Part shown: positions 59,653 through 64,000 of the stretch, in pieces
Position numbering within the stretch: position 1 is the stretch's first letter
Layout of the letters: each line of letters opens with the position of its first letter
Source of the DNA: an uncultured virus (IMG/VR IMGVR_UViG_3300010299_003477)
Lineage: Duplodnaviria > Heunggongvirae > Uroviricota > Caudoviricetes
Reading direction: 5' to 3' (one strand)
Virus record (IMG/VR): IMGVR_UViG_3300010299_003477
DNA length: 64,000 bases
Position numbers and translations under genes: made by a program
Notes under the pieces: model-generated
Database searches by the model: none
What the model saw: only the letters and a program-made list of their open reading frames with translations
Told to the model about the DNA's origin: nothing

Positions 59653-60147
59653 TTACCACAAATAATTCTTCCAGATATCATTTATTTGAGAATTACTAAC
59701 ATATCTAAGAGAAGAATATCTTGGTGGTGCTGGAGTTCTTAGCAAATCCATGCCACTTTCTTTTGGCGTTCTATTACTTTTCTTTTGGTTGCATTTTCTG
59801 CAAGCAGCAACAAGATTGTTCCAAGAGTTATTGCCACCACGAGATTTAGGCAAAACATGATCTAATGTCAGTTCTTTATCTGGAAATCTGTTTCCGCAGT
59901 ATTGACAAATATTATCATCTCTACAAAGAATGTGCTTTCTAGTTGGAGATACAATAGCTGTCCTATACTTTACCAATCGATTTAAAACAATAACTGCTGG
60001 AAGCTCAAAAGTTTGGCTTGTTGAATTTATTTTTTGTGTGTAATTTTCAATTGCCTTTGCTTTGCCAATAATACAAAGAACTAAAGCCTCTAAAGAATCT
60101 ATAACTTCGATTGGTCGAAAAGTAGAATCTAATTTTAAAGTTTTCAT
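59653..60147 (-). CDS. HNH endonuclease
   Basis: RD...CQYCG, TLDHVLPKSRGG...W.NLVAAC..CN..K. Confidence 0.92.
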   Translation of the reverse strand: MKTLKLDSTFRPIEVIDSLEALVLCIIGKAKAIENYTQKINSTSQTFELPAVIVLNRLVKYRTAIVSPTRKHILCRDDNICQYCGNRFPDKELTLDHVLPKSRGGNNSWNNLVAACRKCNQKKSNRTPKESGMDLLRTPAPPRYSSLRYVSNSQINDIWKNYLW

Positions 60148-60275
60148 TATTCTTCTTCGTATTCTTCTTCACGCTCGTCATAACAAGAAAGACAAATTAT
60201 CTCTCCATCTTCAGTAATTTCATAACCTGAATTATAAATGCAGGTATCGCAGAAATCACAAACTTTAGCAGTCAT
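60147..60275 (-). CDS. 42-aa zinc-finger protein (below ORF-track cut-off)
   Basis: MTAKVCDFCDTCIYNSGYEITEDGEIICLSCYDEREEEYEEE; GGAG RBS; TAATG overlap with HNH. Confidence 0.75.
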   Translation of the reverse strand: MTAKVCDFCDTCIYNSGYEITEDGEIICLSCYDEREEEYEEE

Positions 60276-60282
60276 TTATTTT

Positions 60283-60852
60283 TTAATCTCCGTAAAAGTC
60301 CACATCAAGTGGAGTAGCTGGTAAAGGTTGCCAAATGGCAACAATAACTTGGTTTGGATCTTTACTTTGGGGATAAATAAAGCCTTTAAAGCCATATTCT
60401 CTTTCACCTAAAGTTGCCACTCTTTCAAAAACGTTTGTTGGGTAATATCTTGGAGTACCAAACTCTTTTTCTCTTATTTCTTTATATTCATCAACACGTC
60501 TGGATAATCCAAGAGGATCTTTCATAACAGGATACAAATCATGTTTATTAACTGTAACAGTGTAAGCAGAGCCTTGAATTCTTCCAATGCCAGTATCTTC
60601 TTGCCCAAGACGAGTAAAATAAAACACTCTTGGACGATCCCAAGCTCGATATTCAGCTTGACTATACGTTTTTCTACCAGCAGCAGCAATTTGAGGATCT
60701 AAAACTTCAATATCTGGAGTCGAAGAAACATGATAAAGCTGAACTTGGTCAGGAAGATCTAAAGGATAAGCATTATCTAACTTTGCAAGCTGCTCATCAT
60801 CCATTATTTCTTCAGTTAAATATTTGTTCCAGTTTTCAAAAAGTTTTTTCAT
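60283..60852 (-). CDS. ADP-ribosyltransferase-like protein with MKKLFENWNKYLTEE leader
   Basis: LYHVS...LDP, VFYFT, YGFKGFIYP...VIVAIW pattern resembling ART-fold domains. Confidence 0.55.
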   Translation of the reverse strand: MKKLFENWNKYLTEEIMDDEQLAKLDNAYPLDLPDQVQLYHVSSTPDIEVLDPQIAAAGRKTYSQAEYRAWDRPRVFYFTRLGQEDTGIGRIQGSAYTVTVNKHDLYPVMKDPLGLSRRVDEYKEIREKEFGTPRYYPTNVFERVATLGEREYGFKGFIYPQSKDPNQVIVAIWQPLPATPLDVDFYGD

Positions 60853-60853
60853 T

Positions 60854-61201
60854 TTAAGTGTTTCCTGTATCTTCTTCTATAAAGAAATTATCTATATCGT
60901 ACTTATCATATTGTGCTGAAAACTCACTATAAGTCAACCCTAAAAATCTTGCAGCATCTATTTTTGATTTAGAAGTTGAAATAGCAAATTTTAAAAGTGC
61001 TTCTTTCACAATATAATCCGATCTTCTCCAAATGTCAAGTCCATATAACCTGTATTTTAAATTAGCACATGCTAGTTCTAACTTTATAGCAATTAGATCT
61101 TCTAAAGTTAAATTAGAAATTAACACTAACAGATCATTGCTGATCAAATTATTATATGTTAATTTATTAATTATACTTTTATTCTTTAATTTGCTAATCA
61201 T
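60854..61201 (-). CDS. Putative DNA-binding protein with Fis-like HTH
   Basis: AL......SKIDAARFLGLTYSEF. Confidence 0.6.
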   Translation of the reverse strand: MISKLKNKSIINKLTYNNLISNDLLVLISNLTLEDLIAIKLELACANLKYRLYGLDIWRRSDYIVKEALLKFAISTSKSKIDAARFLGLTYSEFSAQYDKYDIDNFFIEEDTGNT

Positions 61202-61231
61202 TTGCTAATCACTACTGATCAATTCTTTAAT

Positions 61232-61260
61232 AATGTAATTTGATTTCAATAATCTGTCAA
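61232..61260 (-). promoter_or_regulatory. Sigma70-like promoter
   Basis: TTGACA-17nt-TACATT. Confidence 0.65.
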
Positions 61261-61278
61261 GGGACTTTTTTGTAATTT

Positions 61279-62052
61279 TTAATCTAAACCAAGATCAATC
61301 TCATCTTCTGTAGGTTGCTCCAGATCTTGTTTAGCCATATCATAAGCTTGGTTAGAAGGCTCTTCAATACTTGGATCTAATTCTTTTTCAAACTTATCAA
61401 AATAAAGCTTTACATTTGTAATCAAGTAATCGTAGAATAATTCTTGATCTTCAGCATTAGATAACAACTCATAAGCATCAATTATGTTTGTTTCGATCTT
61501 TTTAAAACACGAATAAGCAATGTTTCTTCCAGTCTCGTCCTGACCTTCAATACCAAATTCTTTTCTTGGATCTTCAGGTTCTTCTTCTTCCGCTTTTTCA
61601 GCATCAGAGCGAATATCAATAAACTTGTCAGATTCTGGATTAGCTTCATCGTCTTCAATTTCAATACTAATCTCTTCTTCTAAATCTTCTTCAGAGTTGC
61701 CTGCTTTTGTATTCATTTCAACAGGAGTTAAAGTATTAATGATAGCTTGGATAACGTGAGCACGGAAAGACTTACGTTGTTCTGGGTCGGTTGTCATAAT
61801 TTTGTAATCTGCTTCTAAAACAGGAACAATCTTCTTTAATAGATCTTCCAGAATGTTAATTCCAGTAGACTTATTTGGGGTTGGATTTGTATCAGAAACC
61901 TGAGCTTCCAAGATCAATAAATCGCGAATAATAGAACGTAGTTTTTGCTCTTCTATTTCAATTGCTTTTTGTTCTTGCAATCTTTTTCTTTTAGTGACTC
62001 TGATCATTTCTCTAATGTCTTGTCTCAGTTGTTTCTCTTCTTTTGTAATCAT
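61279..62052 (-). CDS. Acidic hypothetical protein with LRxxIRE motifs
   Basis: EKQLRQDIREMI and EQKLRSIIRDLL. Confidence 0.75.
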   Translation of the reverse strand: MITKEEKQLRQDIREMIRVTKRKRLQEQKAIEIEEQKLRSIIRDLLILEAQVSDTNPTPNKSTGINILEDLLKKIVPVLEADYKIMTTDPEQRKSFRAHVIQAIINTLTPVEMNTKAGNSEEDLEEEISIEIEDDEANPESDKFIDIRSDAEKAEEEEPEDPRKEFGIEGQDETGRNIAYSCFKKIETNIIDAYELLSNAEDQELFYDYLITNVKLYFDKFEKELDPSIEEPSNQAYDMAKQDLEQPTEDEIDLGLD

Positions 62053-62840
62053 TTTAAAATGCCTCTTTTAAGGAAAATGTTATAAATTTGTTCGCTTATG
62101 CAGCCGCAGTCTTCGTCTCTCTTTCCAACAAATGGTTTAGAATACCCAGCAACTGCTCCAGCACCCATAGCTGAAATCTCTTCAATTGGCTCTGAGGACG
62201 CCGGTACAATACCTAGAATGTCCAGAAATTTTTTTGCCATAGCGTCATCTAAAACAAAATCTCGAAGGAGTTCTACAGCCTCTGGGGAGGTCGAAGCTTT
62301 ACCTAAAAGATAGCGCATATCTGATGCATGAAATAAACTAAAGTCTTTATTTGTAATAATACTTGGCATGGATTCCTTAAAATCAGAACTCATTACTGAT
62401 TGTATGTATTCTGGGCTATGAACTTCTGGCTGTACTGCTGTTGTTTGTGGATTAAGAAGCATTACGCCTTTTTTCACATATCTATCGGCATCTTTCCAAC
62501 GCTGAACATCAGTTCCTTTGTTGCTTGCTCCAAGGGTAATAAAGTCGCCTTCTTGCAAATCACCTTCAGGTCCAATATAATTATAAGATGCACCAACGGG
62601 AGAAGCTGATGGTGAAACTTGTATTTCCACATTTGAAAGTCCTGAAGTTAGTTCGTCCCACATGTCTATTGCGTTTTGGGCAGTAATAACAGTGCCATCT
62701 TCAAGAGCGCGTTGATTTTTTAACGGATTTGAAATTAATATAATAACTTTATCGTTATTTTGTGAATACTGCTCTACCATAGCAAGATGCCCCCTGTGCG
62801 GAGGCTTAAAAGAACCAGGAACAATTGCAATCTTAGCCAT
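62049..62840 (-). CDS. HIGH-family nucleotidyltransferase (cytidylyltransferase-like)
   Basis: PGSFKPPHRGH; HASDMR. Confidence 0.8.
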   Translation of the reverse strand: MAKIAIVPGSFKPPHRGHLAMVEQYSQNNDKVIILISNPLKNQRALEDGTVITAQNAIDMWDELTSGLSNVEIQVSPSASPVGASYNYIGPEGDLQEGDFITLGASNKGTDVQRWKDADRYVKKGVMLLNPQTTAVQPEVHSPEYIQSVMSSDFKESMPSIITNKDFSLFHASDMRYLLGKASTSPEAVELLRDFVLDDAMAKKFLDILGIVPASSEPIEEISAMGAGAVAGYSKPFVGKRDEDCGCISEQIYNIFLKRGILK

Positions 62841-63099
62841 CTAAAATTTCTCCATCTGATAGATTGTGCTCTAATATGTTTATTTTTGCTTCCAATAAAT
62901 CATTTTTGGTTTCTAATCTTTTGGCTAATTTTCTAACTTCTTTTAAATATTCTTTTGCTGTTTCAATTTGTTGTTTCTCTCCAAAAGTTTTAGGACGCAT
63001 TTGTCCAACGAACTCTTGAAGAGAACCAATATAATCAAAAATGTCTTTTTCAACATTTTGATTGTTTAAAAAATCTTTCCAGCTTTTTTCCACCGACAT
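62833..63099 (-). CDS. Hypothetical coiled-coil protein with SWKDFL N-terminus
   Basis: 88-aa ORF packed on coding strand. Confidence 0.7.
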   Translation of the reverse strand: MSVEKSWKDFLNNQNVEKDIFDYIGSLQEFVGQMRPKTFGEKQQIETAKEYLKEVRKLAKRLETKNDLLEAKINILEHNLSDGEILDG

Positions 63100-63103
63100 A
63101 GCC

Positions 63104-63382
63104 TTATCTTTTAACGATTGACTTTTTTAAAGCTTCACGAACAGCGCGACGAAGTTTTGCTTCACTAAGACTCGGAGGAGCACCAAATTGGTCTTTTTCT
63201 TTGTCACCTTCTTCTGCTTGTTCTGCTGCTTGTTTCATCGGCTCTTCTTTATCACCGTCTTTATCAAGATCAAGATAATCAGGCTTTGCTTCTTCGTTTA
63301 AGTTATCAAAATTCATATTAAAGCCCCAGCTTTCAGCTAAAAGGCTGTTAAGTTCTTTGTTTTTCCATTTTTTGTTAGACAT
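63104..63382 (-). CDS. Candidate nested in-frame product (92 aa) of the zincin gene
   Basis: Internal ATG preceded by AAAAGGAG RBS and by ACTATTTAT at 63413-63421. Confidence 0.5.
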   Translation of the reverse strand: MSNKKWKNKELNSLLAESWGFNMNFDNLNEEAKPDYLDLDKDGDKEEPMKQAAEQAEEGDKEKDQFGAPPSLSEAKLRRAVREALKKSIVKR

Positions 63383-63799
63383 ATTGTTTGCTCCTTTTTG
63401 CAAATGTTCAAAATAAATAGTATGCTTAATGCTGTCTTCCCAATCGCGAAAACATAAATTTCCTTGTTCGTAAGCTTCTCTTTCCATTTCTCTTAAATGT
63501 TCATCGTTTTGTGCGTATCCGTCGCCCATCTGACCTACTTGATCAAATTTGCCATTACAATTTTGAGTATGATGAACCAATTCATGAGAAAGTGAACGCA
63601 TAACATCTTTAGGATGTCTTCCAGTAATGTAAAGAGTCACGCTTTTTTGTTCTGGATCGTAATACGCTGTTTTGCCAAGAGGGTTTTGAGCGTTTGTTTG
63701 ATCTCTTTTCAAGAATAATCTTGGAGGAGATTCAAATCCCATACGCTCTTTTGCAAATGGCATAAATTGCTTTATCATTGGCTTAAGAACATCAATCAT
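63104..63799 (-). CDS. Zincin metallopeptidase with acidic C-terminal extension
   Basis: AYY, HELVHHTQ, EREAYE; tail with DLDKDGD Ca-loop-like motif and KLRRAVREAL. Confidence 0.8.
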   Translation of the reverse strand: MIDVLKPMIKQFMPFAKERMGFESPPRLFLKRDQTNAQNPLGKTAYYDPEQKSVTLYITGRHPKDVMRSLSHELVHHTQNCNGKFDQVGQMGDGYAQNDEHLREMEREAYEQGNLCFRDWEDSIKHTIYFEHLQKGANNMSNKKWKNKELNSLLAESWGFNMNFDNLNEEAKPDYLDLDKDGDKEEPMKQAAEQAEEGDKEKDQFGAPPSLSEAKLRRAVREALKKSIVKR

Positions 63800-63998
63800 C
63801 TAAAAATACCTTTTTTTGTTTATCTGAATACCAAATATATTCTAAATAGTTGTTAAATGGGTCTTTTACATAAGCACCTGTAGTTCCATCACGATGTTCT
63901 ACAATTTCTGCGTTTTCTGGGAAGTCTTTTTTACTATCTATAAGTATTCCAATATGTGCATATGGATACCATTTTTTATCAATAAGAGCAATATTTGT
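63792..63998 (-). CDS. VOC/glyoxalase-family protein, C-terminal part (5' end outside window)
   Basis: Manual translation ...AHIGI...HRDGTTGAYVKDPFNNYLEYI...DD*. Confidence 0.75.
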   Translation of the reverse strand, partial: TNIALIDKKWYPYAHIGILIDSKKDFPENAEIVEHRDGTTGAYVKDPFNNYLEYIWYSDKQKKVFLDD

Positions 63999-64000
63999 GT

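Noticed and set aside
59653..60147. Intron-encoded homing endonuclease
   Set aside because: Flanking genes appear intact and no split gene or intron structure is evident
341..62609. Plus-strand ORFs and short alternative-frame minus-strand ORFs in the track
   Set aside because: They lie within longer motif-bearing minus-strand genes and show no recognisable motifs; treated as shadow ORFs
1244..63799. Stop-codon reassignment as seen in some large phages
   Set aside because: Standard code 11 gives dense, full-length genes, and TAA, TAG and TGA all end genes at sensible boundaries; no suppressor tRNA seen

Overview
The window is a 64-kb segment of a large, AT-rich tailed phage genome with a contractile (myovirus-type) baseplate. 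Essentially every real gene is on the minus strand; the plus-strand ORFs look like shadows. In transcription order (right to left) it holds: (1) probable head-associated and regulatory genes (zincin protease, nucleotidyltransferase, ADP-ribosyltransferase-like protein, HNH, tRNA-Ala, tRNA-Pro, PIN-PhoH, PD-(D/E)XK nuclease); (2) a ~14-kb glycosylation locus (five glycosyltransferase genes, epimerase, B12 radical SAM, split TPP enzyme, RmlC, ColD-like dehydratase, HldA/HldC-like, HAD and cupin genes); (3) a phage sigma-like factor; (4) a ~32-kb baseplate/tail block (hub with M15 peptidase, spike, gp25, gp6, 3027-aa LamG wedge); (5) RuvC, a fatty-acid hydroxylase, primase and an Mre11-Rad50 fusion; (6) a high-GC leucine-rich-repeat gene cut off by the window edge. 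The most interesting inferred systems are: a possible virion O-glycosylation system with a recurring [S/T]-[G/A]-S motif in selected structural proteins; a family of short leader peptides on unrelated cargo proteins, together with a protease gene carrying a nested in-frame product; and an ACTATTTA late-promoter-like motif, one copy of which lies in a hairpin that would hide the PhoH ribosome-binding site. All family calls come from motifs read by eye, not from database searches.
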